From Tubiluchus corallicola (taxonomy: Eukaryota; Animalia; Priapulida): 64,000 nt of DNA. The position numbers and the translations under genes are program-made. Where the stretch lies: NCBI GenBank assembly GCA_030141605.1, contig JAQGDQ010001046.1, positions 1 through 64,000 of the forward strand, given 5' to 3'. The notes beneath the pieces were generated by a model. It made no database searches and was not told where the DNA came from. It worked only from the letters and a program-made list of their open reading frames with translations. Of the stretch, positions 39,620 through 51,393 are shown piece by piece (within the stretch, counting starts at the first letter, position 1; each line of letters begins with the position of its first letter).

Positions 39620-40395
39620 CATTGCTGTGTTACATTTAACCTTCGGCCTACAGCAACTGCCCATGCGCTTCATGAAACTCCACGTAAAGCGACTGAAACT
39701 GCTGAAATTGGCTGCAGAAGGCTTTGCTTTACACACATGCCATGCGGCAGTTGTAGTTCAGACTCACTGCTTTGGTACACGTAACTTTTTACCTACAGCA
39801 ACTGCATGTGCGTAGAACGAAACTCTACGTAAAGCGACTGAGACTGCTGAAATCAGCTGCAGAAGGCTTTGCTTTACACACATGTCACATGGCGGTTGTA
39901 GTTTAGACTCACTGCTATGGTGCCCTTAACTTTTTACCACAGCAACTGCATGTGCAGAATGAAACTCCACGTAAAGCGAATGAAACTGCTGAACTCAGCT
40001 GCAGAAGGCTTTGCTTTACACACATGTCACGCGGCGGTTGTAGTTCAGAGTCACTGCTATGGTGCCCTTAACTTTTTACCACAGTAACTGCATGTGCGTA
40101 AAACGAAACTCCACGTAAAGCGAATGAAACTGCTGAACTCAGCTGCAGAAGGCTTTGCTTTACACACATGTCACGTGGCAGTTGTATTTCAGACTCACTG
40201 CTATGGTGCCATTAACTTTTTACCTACAGCAACTGCACATGCGCACAACGAAACTCCACGTAAAGCGACTGAAACTGCTGGACTCAGCTGCAGAGGGCCT
40301 TGCTTTACACACATGTCACATGGCGGTTGTAGTTCAGACTCACTGCTGTGGTACCCTTAACTTTTTACCTACAGCAACTGCACATGCACACAACG
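39620..40395. repeat. ~145-bp tandem repeat (about 5 units, plus decayed units at 39215-39620)
   Basis: AAACTCCACGTAAAGCG recurs at about 39675, 39820, 39962, 40107, 40251. Confidence 0.92.
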
Positions 40396-41315
40396 AGCTT
40401 ATTGCTTAAGTGCACAATGCTAAAATATCTTGAATTTCTTATCACCATGCCATCATGTACGATCATCAGTATTAATGCCAAGCTGTTTTCTTATAACAAT
40501 TAATGCACTTTCCATGTTTTTTTATATGTTGTTTATTGTTGCAGTTGATTGTTTCGACATGTCCACTTGATTGGAGCAATGCGTAATATATATATAATAA
40601 AGATATTCATAACGTTACATCATTGTTGGTTAGGTACCATTAAAAAATGTAGGTACAGGGTGTCCAAAGGTATGGAACCTGGGGTTTAGGCAGCCACTAC
40701 ACCTAGTTTTGCCCAGGAGCAATAGAGCTAAGCAAATGTTTGCGCTATGACAGCATATCCGTCGATTAATCAAAAAAAGTTTCGTGTTTTAGTTGAAGCT
40801 TCGCACGCTTACAGAAAGCCAAGATGTGCTTGCAAAAAGTCATGAGGCATTAGAATTACGTCATGATTTTCAGATGAATGGCAGCTACCAGTCCACTGTG
40901 CATAAAAATGTCTATACACTGACAATAAAAATTGCCTTATGCTTTAAAAATAGTTTTACCAAATTTCTTTGTTATAGTTTTCTAAGTTTAAATGACACCA
41001 AGTAACGTAAAACCATGCATACTAAGTGACATGTACTTTGTTTTAACAATACAAATTGCCTTATGCTTTAAAAATAGTTTTACCAAATTTCTTTGTTATA
41101 GTTTTCTAAGTTTAAATGATGCCAGTAACGTAAAACCATGCATACTAAAGTGACATGTACTTTGTTTTAACAATACAAATTGCCTTATGCTTTAAAAATA
41201 GTTTTACCAAATTTATTTGTTATAGTTTTCTAAGTTTAAATGACTCCAGTAACGTAAAACCATGCATACTAAGTGACATGTACTTTGTTTTAACTTCACT
41301 AAAGCCAAATTCCGT

Positions 41316-42881
41316 TCATATTATGCTGGTACAGATTGTCAGAAGTAATGTCAAGAATATGTTTGTCTGTGTTGTCGAAGTTCCTCCATGGATAAGAGCC
41401 CTGATGTTATTTGTGCTGCAGTTAAAGTCTGAAATTTTTAGTGGACTGTATAATTGTGGTTTCCAGCAATCCACTACGTATTTCTTCCATTTTACTTGCA
41501 TCATCCAGATGGCATCGCAGTCACAAACTAATCTGCTGCCTCGCAAATAGAATTTCACGTTAAGAAAGTTAGTGTTTCTATGCAGGAGTGGTTTTGTCAT
41601 GCGACGTATCTTCGTGTACATGATATAGATGGCGCGAATGTTAGGATTGTTTGAAAGATCAAGGTTGACAGTTGTGAGATCTTTGCTTTGCTTCAAGTGC
41701 TGCAATCTAAGCGAGCGTAAGCGATACATATTGTAAAATGCTTTGGGGTGAATCGCTGTCATTCCTTTAATGTACTTCACAGCGAGAGATACAGGCGAGC
41801 CTTGCGTAAAGTTTTCTCCGAGGTCGTCCATGTGGCCATAGTCGATTGCCAGGGTGTTAACATGCTTGCCTTCCAAAAAATTATTTGGCCAACTTTTCGC
41901 TTTAAACACGGTGATTTCTAAATCCAGGGCAAGACCAAAACCTGGATATGGGACCGAATTTGATATTTCCTCCAGTTTTGTGGAATCCAAGTCCATTTGC
42001 TTGCCATTGCAAATTATCACGCAATTTGATTTCCATTTTTTAATTACATTACACGTGGATATAGTGAAGCTGCAATCTTCATATATACTCGTATCGTTGG
42101 GACAAAAATCTAGAATGGTCAGTGAAGACGCCCAAGAATGGACTTCAGGCTTTTTGCCTGCTACATGCCAGCAGTGTATTTTACTACTACGCCACTGGTT
42201 TTTTTTCATCCATACGGTTCTACAATCACATCTAAAATTCTCATTTAGTTCGAATGTAATCTTCACTTTCTCGGGCGTCACACCTGCATGAAATTTTGGC
42301 TTATCCATCGTAGCGATCGCGGTTTTTATTACATGAAGTTCTTCAAATTTTGGAGAGTTTGACACATCCAAAAAATGCCACTCTGTCAGACTTTGACAAT
42401 AGTCAACAAACAGATGTTTTAGTGAAATTAAATTTTTGAATGCCTTTGGATGTATTTTTACTAGTTGTTTGTTTTCCTTTATTTTAACAAATTCAACACC
42501 TTGCGCTAGTAGAAAGTTCTCCCGGAGTTCTGTTATCCCATCACTTTCTTTTATTTGGAATTCCTCAACTTCAATGTCTTGTAAAAAATTTGATGGTAGT
42601 GCATTGCTTTCGTAGCGCTTCACTGTAATGTCAAATGCCTTTCCACCAAGGTGAGAGTTTATTGCTGTTCGTAATTTTTCGACAATACCTGCGTTGGTTG
42701 TGCCATCAAAGCCACAAGTGATGCCAGTGTCACCCCGTGCATTTTCAGACCTCCAGCAGTTTTCACTAAGAATTCCGCTTGACGTACCGACAAATATATC
42801 CGTATACGTGCTGACATCCAGTGTAATAAAAATGAGGCAGAAAACTTTCACAGAACTGCTGTTTGGGGGTATTAGTGCCAT
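41316..42881 (-). CDS. Intronless secreted, probably GPI-anchored LRR protein with two LRR modules (A-B), about 521 aa; nested in PUSL1 intron 6
   Basis: LRR-type segments (LPSNFL, IHPKAFKNLISLKHL, LDLSNNPNI), LRRCT-like NFxCDC..W, N-terminal hydrophobic stretch, C-terminal GGTSTTQT plus hydrophobic tail with no cytoplasmic domain; first ATG at 42881. Confidence 0.88.
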   Translation of the reverse strand: MALIPPNSSSVKVFCLIFITLDVSTYTDIFVGTSSGILSENCWRSENARGDTGITCGFDGTTNAGIVEKLRTAINSHLGGKAFDITVKRYESNALPSNFLQDIEVEEFQIKESDGITELRENFLLAQGVEFVKIKENKQLVKIHPKAFKNLISLKHLFVDYCQSLTEWHFLDVSNSPKFEELHVIKTAIATMDKPKFHAGVTPEKVKITFELNENFRCDCRTVWMKKNQWRSSKIHCWHVAGKKPEVHSWASSLTILDFCPNDTSIYEDCSFTISTCNVIKKWKSNCVIICNGKQMDLDSTKLEEISNSVPYPGFGLALDLEITVFKAKSWPNNFLEGKHVNTLAIDYGHMDDLGENFTQGSPVSLAVKYIKGMTAIHPKAFYNMYRLRSLRLQHLKQSKDLTTVNLDLSNNPNIRAIYIMYTKIRRMTKPLLHRNTNFLNVKFYLRGSRLVCDCDAIWMMQVKWKKYVVDCWKPQLYSPLKISDFNCSTNNIRALIHGGTSTTQTNIFLTLLLTICTSII

Positions 42882-43253
42882 CACATGCGTTCCTGGATGT
42901 TTCCTGTTCCCCTAAGGCAGGATGTTGGCATGTTGTGACATGCAGCCAATGATTACTAGACGATACAAGCAGTTCACAGTCGTTACTAATGACAACAATT
43001 GTTTAGTTGTGTCATCATATGTATGTATATAAGATACGAGGCTACAGCTCCGACGGCGGGACCATTTACGGTGATCTATATATCAAAAGAAAGGTCTCGA
43101 TCTAGTGTTGTGCCATTGGGGGTTTAATTTTTGAATCGAGCCCACCGGGACGAACGTTGGGGCTCCATAACCTCCATAAATGGCCATTTTTCGGCCATTT
43201 TTTTTTTAGCAAACTTATACCATTATAATATTGCCATTAATAATAATAATACC

Positions 43254-46200
43254 ATTGCCAACAATAGAGCATCTAATTAACTCGTCGGCACTCCTCTTGG
43301 TAGACGTGTCCTAAAATATAGCCTACATCATTGTGTAGCCCTGTTCTTCCTCTTTCTAAAGAGCTATATATCTTCTTCTAAAAGTCCCACCAGGCGCCGC
43401 AAGAACGTTTTTTCTACAGGCAGTTTGACCAATATTTCGAAAAAATCGCGAGTTTGGTGCGGGAAAATGTCCGTTACAGGACACCATGGCCCTCTCACGA
43501 ATTCTAAATATGCCTACTACACCCACTGCTCAACGGGCTATCTATCCATAGCCAGCACCACCCATGGCCCATTCCCGTTGTCCAAAAATAAGAGGTATAA
43601 GTTTTGTAAAAAAAGGCCATTTATGGAGGTTTTTTGGCCCCCCAACGTTCGTCCTAGCTGCCATTCACCTGAAAATCATGACGTAATTCTCACGCCTCAT
43701 GACTTTTCACAAGCACACCTTGGCTTTCTGTAAGCGTGCGCTGCTTCAACTAAAACACGAAACTTTTTTTTATTAATCGACGGATATGCTGCACAGCGTT
43801 AGCATTTGCTAAGCTCTATTGCTCCTGGGCAAAACTGGGTTTAGTGGCTGCCTAAACCCCGGCTCCCTACCCTTTGGACACCCTGTACCTGCATTTTTTA
43901 ATGGTACCTCTTTGCCCGCCATAAGCAAAATGAAGAACCTACAGTGATGTAACGTTATGAATATCTTTACTATTCATATTGCTCCAATCAAGTGGACTAA
44001 ATGAGAGATTAATGAGATGACTGGTGTTGCACGGCACAATCTAACTTTTTGAATCGAGGTTCAGTTTTTGACAGACTGACTCTCGTGCCTCTGCAAACGT
44101 CAAGGCAGTTTCGGGATTTTGTCCTGACTGTCACCATTGTTGAAAAGCTTTCATCACACAGGGTAAAAATTCACTGAAAGCTTTACAGTGGACAGGGGTC
44201 ATGACCTCGTCCAATAACCATGAATTGTTGGCTCTCTCAACAGAGATGTGTAAACCACCTGCTGATTATTATATAACACTTTTTTTTAATTGTCTAAGAG
44301 GCTTCGCAGGTACATCTTGTAGTGTTCACTGGTACCCCCAAGAGGTACTATTACGTCAGGTTGGGAACTGAGGGGTTCTTAAATTGATGTATTTATAGGA
44401 AACCAGGTAAAACAAAACATAGAAGTACATGGAAGAAAAAGCTCTAGGAATTCATGTGGTTTATCAGCGCATATTATGCTCCCTCTTCTGGTATTGGAAA
44501 ACGCAAAATTGTGTAAAATGTGTAATATTCTTCTAACTCTTGTTACAGTGGTTTGTTTTCCCACCAACCAGAATGAAGACTTTGCTTGGTGCTAAACCAA
44601 TTGTTTGCTGGTTGTTGTGATCTTTGCCTGAATCTGATACAGAAGGTGCAATTTTTGTTTTCTTTACATGAGAACTACTTTCTACGTTGTAGTTACATCT
44701 GACACTTTGAATTTCATTCTCTGATTGTTTAATGGTATAATTTATTTTATGCCTTGGTAGGTAGTTTCATAATTGTGCTAATTATTTATTTGTTTTGATA
44801 TATAGCCTTGAAAATGACAGTTGCTGTCGAAACAATCGTCTGTAGCAATAAACAACATATTTAATGATATAATTTATTTTAATCCTTGGTAGGTAGTTTC
44901 ATAATTCTGCTAATTATTTGTCTTGGCTTCATTTATAGCATTGAAAATGACAGCTGATGTCTAAACAATCGTCTGCAGCAATAAAACAACATATTAAAAC
45001 ATAGAAAGTGCATTAATTCTTATAAGAGAACAGCTTCGCATTAATAATGATGAATCATACATGCGGGTATGATGATAAGAAGTTCATGTTGCTTTTGATT
45101 TTTTGTAGGAAACAATGTTTTTTGCCATGCACATTTGAACTTGAAATGGTGTAACTTGAACTAAATGAGTGGAAAATAAACAGGCCAATTTGAAAGGACA
45201 GCATCATCAGCACACCTCTGCAAACTTTCAAAAGCGTTACAGACAAGTTCGTTCCTTCTGTTTGCGAAACCTGTGCATGCAAACCATCTCACATATTGTT
45301 CCCACTGCCCCCGTGTACCCATAGTCAAGTCAAGAACCAAATTAAGAATTTCATGTTAAGGGGTTATTACAAAGTACAGCATGCATAAAATTCGTGCATA
45401 GAGCGAACTTGTTCTAACTTTCATACTAGACTAGCAAAGCCCCTGTAAAAAATTTTGCGTATAAATACACTTATAATCAATAATACGTAATCATCCTACA
45501 TAGTCCTCACTTATAACGCAAAACCAGCAGCAGCTTTTACTGAATTAAAGTTATAGGTAGAGTATAAGGGATGACGTCAGAACAATGAAAAAATTGCCAA
45601 CAATAGAGCATCTAATTAACTCGTCGGCACTCCTCTTGGTAGACGTGTCCTAAAATATAGCCCACATCATCGTGTAGCCCCGATCTTCCTCCTTCTAAAG
45701 AGCTATATATCTTCTTCTAAAAGTCCCACCAGGCGCCGCAAGAACGTTTTTTCTACAGGCAGTTTGACCAATATTTCGAAAAAATCGCGAGTTGGGTGCG
45801 GGAAAATGTCCGTTACAGGACACCATGGCCCTCTCACGAATTCTAAATATGCCTACTACACCCACTGCTGAACGGGCTATCTATCCATAGCCAGCACCAC
45901 CCATGGCCCATTCCCGTTGTCCAGAAATAAAAGGTATAAGTTTTGTAAAAAAAGGCCATTTATGGAGGTTTTTTGGCCCCCCCAACGTTCGTCTTAGCTG
46001 CCATTCACCTGAAAATCATGACGTAATTCTCACGCCTCATGACTTTTCACAAGCACACCTTGGCTTTCTGTAAGCGTGCGCTGCTTCAACTAAAACACGA
46101 AACTTTTTTTTATTAATCGACGGATATGCTGCACAGCGTTAGCATTTGCTAAGCTCTATTGCTCCTGGGCAAAACTGGGTTTAGTGGCTGCCTAAACCCC

Positions 46201-47801
46201 GGCTCCCTACCCTTTGGACACCCTGTACCTACATTTTTTAATGGTACCTCTTTGCCCGCCATAAGCAAAATGAAGAACCTACAGTGATGTAACGTTATGA
46301 ATATCTTTATTATTCATATTGCTCCAATCAAGTGGACTAAATGAGAGATTAATGAGATGACTGGTGTTGCACGGCACAATCTAACTTTTTGAATCGAGGT
46401 TCAGTTTTTGACAGACTGACTCTCGTGCCTCTGCAAACGTCAAGGCAGTTTCGGGATTTTGTCCTGACTGTCACCATTGTTGAAAAGCTTTCTTCACACA
46501 GGGTAAAAATTCACTGAAAGCTTTACAGTGGACAGGGGTCATGACCTCGTCCAATATCCATGAATTGTTGGCTCTCTCAACAGAGATGTGTAAACCACCT
46601 GCTGATTATTATATAACACTTTTTTTAAAATTGTCTAAGAGGCTTCGCAGGTACATCTTGTAGTGTTCACTGGTACCCCCAAGAGGTACTATTACGTCAG
46701 GTTGGGAACTGAGGGGTTCCTAAACTGATGTAATTATAGGAAACCAGGTAAAACAAAACATAGAAGTACATGGAAGAAAAAGCTCTAGGAATTCATGTTG
46801 TTTATTAGCGCATATTATGCTCCCTCTTGTGATAGTGGAAAATGCTAAATTGTGTAAAATGTGCATTATTCTTCTAACTCTTGTTACAGTGGTTTGTTTT
46901 CCCACCAACCAGTAGGTAGGTTTTGCTTGGTGCTAAACTAATTGTTTGCTGGTTGTTGTGATCTTTGCTTGAATCTGATACAGAAGGTGCAATTTTTGTT
47001 TTCTTTACACGAGAACCTCTTTCTAAGTTGCAGTTACATCTGACACTTTGAATTTCATTCTCTGATTGTTTAATGGTATAATTTATTTTATGCCTTGGTA
47101 GGTAGTTTCATAATTGTGCTAATTATTTGTTTTGGCTTGATTTAGAGCATTGAAAATGACAGTTGGTATCGAAACAATCGTCTGCAGCAATAAACAACAT
47201 ATTAAAACATAGAAAGTGCATTAATTCTTATAAGAGAACAGCTTGGCATTAATACTGATGAATCATACATGCGGGTATGATGATAAGAAGTTCATGTTGC
47301 TTTTGATTTTTTGTAGGAAACAATGTTTTTTTGCCATGCACATTTGAACTTGAAATGGTGTAACTTGAACTAAATGAGTGGAAAATAAACAGACCAATTT
47401 GAAAGGACAGCATCATCAGCACACCTCTGCAAACTTTCAAAAGCGTTACAGACAAGTTCGTTCCTTCTGTTTAAGAAACCTGTGCATGCAAACCAACTCA
47501 CATATTGTCCCCACTGCCCCCATGTACCCATAGTCAAGTCAAGGACCAAATTAAGAATTTCATGTTAAGGGCTTATTACAAAGTACAGCATGCATAAAAT
47601 TCGTGCATAGAGCGAACTTGTCGTAACTTTCATACTAGACTAGCAAAGCCCCTGTAAAAAATTTTGCGTATAAATACACTTATAATCAATAATACGTAAT
47701 CATCCTACATAGTCCTCACTTATAACGCAAAACCAGCAGCAGCTTTTACTGAATTAAAGTTATAGGCAGAGTATAAGGGATGACATCAGAACAATGAAAA
47801 A
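43254..47801 (+). repeat. Two tandem 2.2-2.3-kb units (43254-45592, 45593-47801); a third unit starts at 47802 and continues into the LRR gene
   Basis: ATTGCCAACAATAGAGCATCTAATTAACTCG at 43254 and 45593, with a variant at 47802; internal sequence near-identical. Confidence 0.92.
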
Positions 47802-48350
47802 ATTGCTAAAAATAGAACATCTAATTAACTCGTCGGTACTCCTCTTGGTAGACGTGTCCTAAAATATAGCCCACACCATCGTGTAGCCCTGTTCTTCCTC
47901 TTTCTATAGAGCCATATATCTCCTTCCGAGAGTCCCACCAGGTGCCACTAGAACGTTTTTTCTGCAGGCTGTTTGACAAAAATTTCGAAAAAATCGCAAG
48001 TTTGGTGCGGGAAAATGCCCGTTGCAGCACGCCATGGCCCTCTCGTGAATTCTAAATATGCCTACTACACCCACTGCTGAACGGGCTATCAATCCATAGC
48101 CAGCACCTCCCATGGCTCGTTCCCATTGTCCAAAAATAAGAGGTATAAGTTTTGCAAAAAACGGCCAAAAATGGCCATTTTTTCGAGGTTTTTTAGCCCC
48201 CCTCCCCCTAACGTTCGTCTCGGTGAACCCAATTCGAAAAATAAACCCCCAATGGCACGACACTAGATCGAGACCTTTCTTTTGATATATAGATCACCGT
48301 AAATGGTCCCGCCGTCGGAGCTGTAGCCTCGAATCTTATATGTATATACA
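47634..48350 (+). mobile_element. Interspersed non-autonomous element immediately 5' of the LRR ORF (possibly Helentron/HINE-like)
   Basis: Other copies at 25125-25580, 45425-45994, and reversed at 43020-43225, 51822-51975 and 52920-53590; the superfamily call is tentative. Confidence 0.65.
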
Positions 48351-48462
48351 CATGATGACACAACTAAACAATTGTTGTCATTAGTAACGACTGTGAACTG
48401 CTTGTATCCTCTAGTAACAACATGCTGTCGTCCTGCCTTAGGGGAACAAGAAACTTCCAGCA

Positions 48463-51393
48463 ATGCATGTGATGGCACTAATACCCCCAAACGGCAGTTC
48501 TGTGAAAGTTTTCTGCCTCATTTTTATTACACTGGATGTCAGCACGTATACGGATATATTTGTCGGTACGTCAAGCGGAATTCTTAGTGAAAACTGCTGG
48601 AGGTCTGAAAATGCACGGGGCGACACTGGCATCACTTGCGGCTTTGATGGCACAACCAATGCAGGTATTGTCGAAAAATTACGAACAGCAATAAAATCTC
48701 GCCTTGATGGAAAGGCATTTCACATTACAGTGAAGCGCTACAAAAGCAACGCACTCCCATCGAATCTTTTGCAAGACATTGAAGTTGAGGAATTCCAAAT
48801 AGAAGAAAGTGATGGGATAACAGAACTCTGGGAGAACTTTCTACTCGCGCACGGTGTTGAATTTGTTAAAATAAAGGAAAACAAACAACTAGTAAAAATA
48901 CATCCAAAGGCATTCAAAAATTTAATTTCACTAAAACATCTGTTTATTGACAAATGTCAAAGTCTGGCAGAGTGGCATTTTTTGGACGTGTCAAATTCTC
49001 CAAAATTTGAAGAACTTCATGTAAAAGCAACCGCGATCGCTACCATGGATATGCCAAAATTTCATGCAGGTGTAACGCCCGAGAAAGTGAAGATTACATT
49101 CGAACTAAATGAGAATTTTACATGTGATTGTAGAACTGTTTGGATGAAAAAGAACCAGTGGCGTAGTAGTAAAATATACTGCTGGCATGTAGCAGGCAAA
49201 AAGCCTGGAGGCCATTACTGGGCATCTTCACTGACCATTGAACACTTTTGTCCCAAAGACAATGCAACAACAGAATATGAAGGTTGCAACCTCAACATGT
49301 CCACATGTAAGGTAATTCCACTGCGAGACTTTGAATGCCAGACAGTTTGTGATGGCAAGAAGATGGACCTCGATTCCAGAAAGCTGCAGGAAATATCAAA
49401 TTCGCTGCCACATCCAAAATCCGGCATTACCATATGGTTAACAATCACCTCGCTTAAAGAAAGAAGCTTGCCAGGGAATTTTTTGAAAGGCAATCATGTT
49501 AGAACCCTGGTAATCGAACACAGCCGTATGGACGACCTCGGAGAAAACTTTACACAAGGCTCGGCTGAAAATGTTCATTTGAGCTACATTAAAGGAATGA
49601 AAGTGATTCACCCTAAGGCATTTTACAATATGTACGATCGTTTACACTCGGTTCACTTGAAGCACTGCGAAGACCTCACAACAGCCAATCTCGATCTTTC
49701 CAACAATCTTAACATTCGCGTCATCTACATCGAAAAGACGAACATACGTCGCGTGACAAAACCGCTCCTGCATACAAACAATAACTTCCGTAACATAAAA
49801 TTCACGATGACGCAGAGCCGATTAGTTTGTGACTGCAAGGCTATGTGGATAATGGAAGTAGATTGGGAGAAATGTACTGTGGACTGCTGGGAGCCACAAA
49901 TAAGCAGCAAAAAACTAAAAATTTCAGACTTTAACTGCAACTTAAATGGCACATCAAGTAAAATTTTTAGTGAAAACTGCCGGAGGTTTGAAAGTAACAT
50001 CACTTGTGGCTTTGATGGCACAACCAATGCAGGTATTGTCGAAAAATTACGAACAGCAATAAAATCTCGCCTTGGTGGAAAGGTATTCCACATTACAGTG
50101 AAGCGTTACGAAAACAACGCACTCCCATCGAATCTTTTGCAAGACATTGAAGTTGAGAAATTCCAAATAGAAGAAAGTGATGGGATAACAGAACTCCGGG
50201 AGAACTTTCTACTCGCAGACGGTGTTGAATTTGTTAAAATAAAGGAAAACAAACGACTAGTTAAAATACATCCAAAGGCATTCAAAAATTTAATTTCACT
50301 AAAACATCTGTTTGTTGACAACTGTCAAAGTCTGACAGAATGGCATTTGTTGGACGTGTCAAACTCTCCAAAATTTGAAGAAATTCATGTAAAAGCAACT
50401 GGGATTGCTACCATGGATATGCCAAAATTTCATGCAGGTGTAACGCCCGAGAAAGTGAAGATTACATTCGATACAAATCAGCAATTTAGATGTGATTGTA
50501 GAATCGTATGGATGAAAAAAAACCAGTGGCGTAGTAGTAAGATATACTGCTCGAATGTAGCAGGCAGAAAGTTAAATTGCTGGCTGTCTTCACTGACCAT
50601 TCAACAATTTTGTTACAACAGTACGAGAGTAGATCAAGGTTGCAATTCAATCACTATATCCACGTGTCAGATAACTCCGGTGACGCAATTTCAATGCTCG
50701 ATAGTTTGCGATGGCAAGCAAATGGACTTGGATTCCACAAAACTGGAGGAAATATCAAATTCGGTCCCATATCCAGGTTTTGGTCTCACCCTGTGGTTAA
50801 GAATCGTCTGGCTTAAAGCGAAAAGTTTGCCAAATAATTTTTTGGCAGGCAAGCATGTTAAAACCCTGGTAATCGAAGGCGGAAACATGGACGACCTCGG
50901 AGAAAACTTTACGCACGGCTCGGCTGAAAATGTCTATTTGAGTTACATCAAAGGAATGAAAGTGATTCACCCCAGAGCATTTTACAATATGCATCGTTTA
51001 GAGGTTCTCAAATTGAAGCAATGCAAAGATCTCACAACTGTCAACCTCGATCTTTCAAACAATCCTAACATTCGCGCCATCTTTATCCAGGAGACGAACA
51101 TACATCACATGACAAAACCGCTCCTGCATAGAAACAATAACTTCCGTAACATAGCATTCATGTTGAAGCAAAGCAAATTGCTCTGCGACTGCGAAACCAT
51201 CTGGATAATGCAAGTAAAATGGAAGAATTACTTAGTCAACTGCTGGAAGCCACAATTATTCAATCCGCAAAAAATTTCAGACTTTAACTGCAGCTTAAAT
51301 AACATCAGGGCTCTTTTCGATGGAGGAACTTCGACAACACAGACAAACATATTCTTGACAATCCTTTTGACAATCTGTACCAGCATAATATGA
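48463..51393 (+). CDS. Intronless secreted, probably GPI-anchored LRR protein with four LRR modules (A1-B1-A2-B2), 976 aa; nested in PUSL1 intron 6
   Basis: Long uninterrupted ORF; paralog of 41316-42881 (shared ATG at 48472); internal duplication; four CDC-type caps; hydrophobic C-terminus. Confidence 0.9.
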   Translation: MHVMALIPPNGSSVKVFCLIFITLDVSTYTDIFVGTSSGILSENCWRSENARGDTGITCGFDGTTNAGIVEKLRTAIKSRLDGKAFHITVKRYKSNALPSNLLQDIEVEEFQIEESDGITELWENFLLAHGVEFVKIKENKQLVKIHPKAFKNLISLKHLFIDKCQSLAEWHFLDVSNSPKFEELHVKATAIATMDMPKFHAGVTPEKVKITFELNENFTCDCRTVWMKKNQWRSSKIYCWHVAGKKPGGHYWASSLTIEHFCPKDNATTEYEGCNLNMSTCKVIPLRDFECQTVCDGKKMDLDSRKLQEISNSLPHPKSGITIWLTITSLKERSLPGNFLKGNHVRTLVIEHSRMDDLGENFTQGSAENVHLSYIKGMKVIHPKAFYNMYDRLHSVHLKHCEDLTTANLDLSNNLNIRVIYIEKTNIRRVTKPLLHTNNNFRNIKFTMTQSRLVCDCKAMWIMEVDWEKCTVDCWEPQISSKKLKISDFNCNLNGTSSKIFSENCRRFESNITCGFDGTTNAGIVEKLRTAIKSRLGGKVFHITVKRYENNALPSNLLQDIEVEKFQIEESDGITELRENFLLADGVEFVKIKENKRLVKIHPKAFKNLISLKHLFVDNCQSLTEWHLLDVSNSPKFEEIHVKATGIATMDMPKFHAGVTPEKVKITFDTNQQFRCDCRIVWMKKNQWRSSKIYCSNVAGRKLNCWLSSLTIQQFCYNSTRVDQGCNSITISTCQITPVTQFQCSIVCDGKQMDLDSTKLEEISNSVPYPGFGLTLWLRIVWLKAKSLPNNFLAGKHVKTLVIEGGNMDDLGENFTHGSAENVYLSYIKGMKVIHPRAFYNMHRLEVLKLKQCKDLTTVNLDLSNNPNIRAIFIQETNIHHMTKPLLHRNNNFRNIAFMLKQSKLLCDCETIWIMQVKWKNYLVNCWKPQLFNPQKISDFNCSLNNIRALFDGGTSTTQTNIFLTILLTICTSII

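Noticed and set aside
44379-46908. Duplicated 62-aa minus-strand ORFs in the tandem units
   Set aside because: TTG starts, no recognisable domain; similarity is explained by the recent duplication
41316-51393. Calling the LRR genes Toll/TLR or true VLR orthologs
   Set aside because: No TM-plus-TIR domain, and the repeats are atypical of VLR cassettes; the analogy is architectural only
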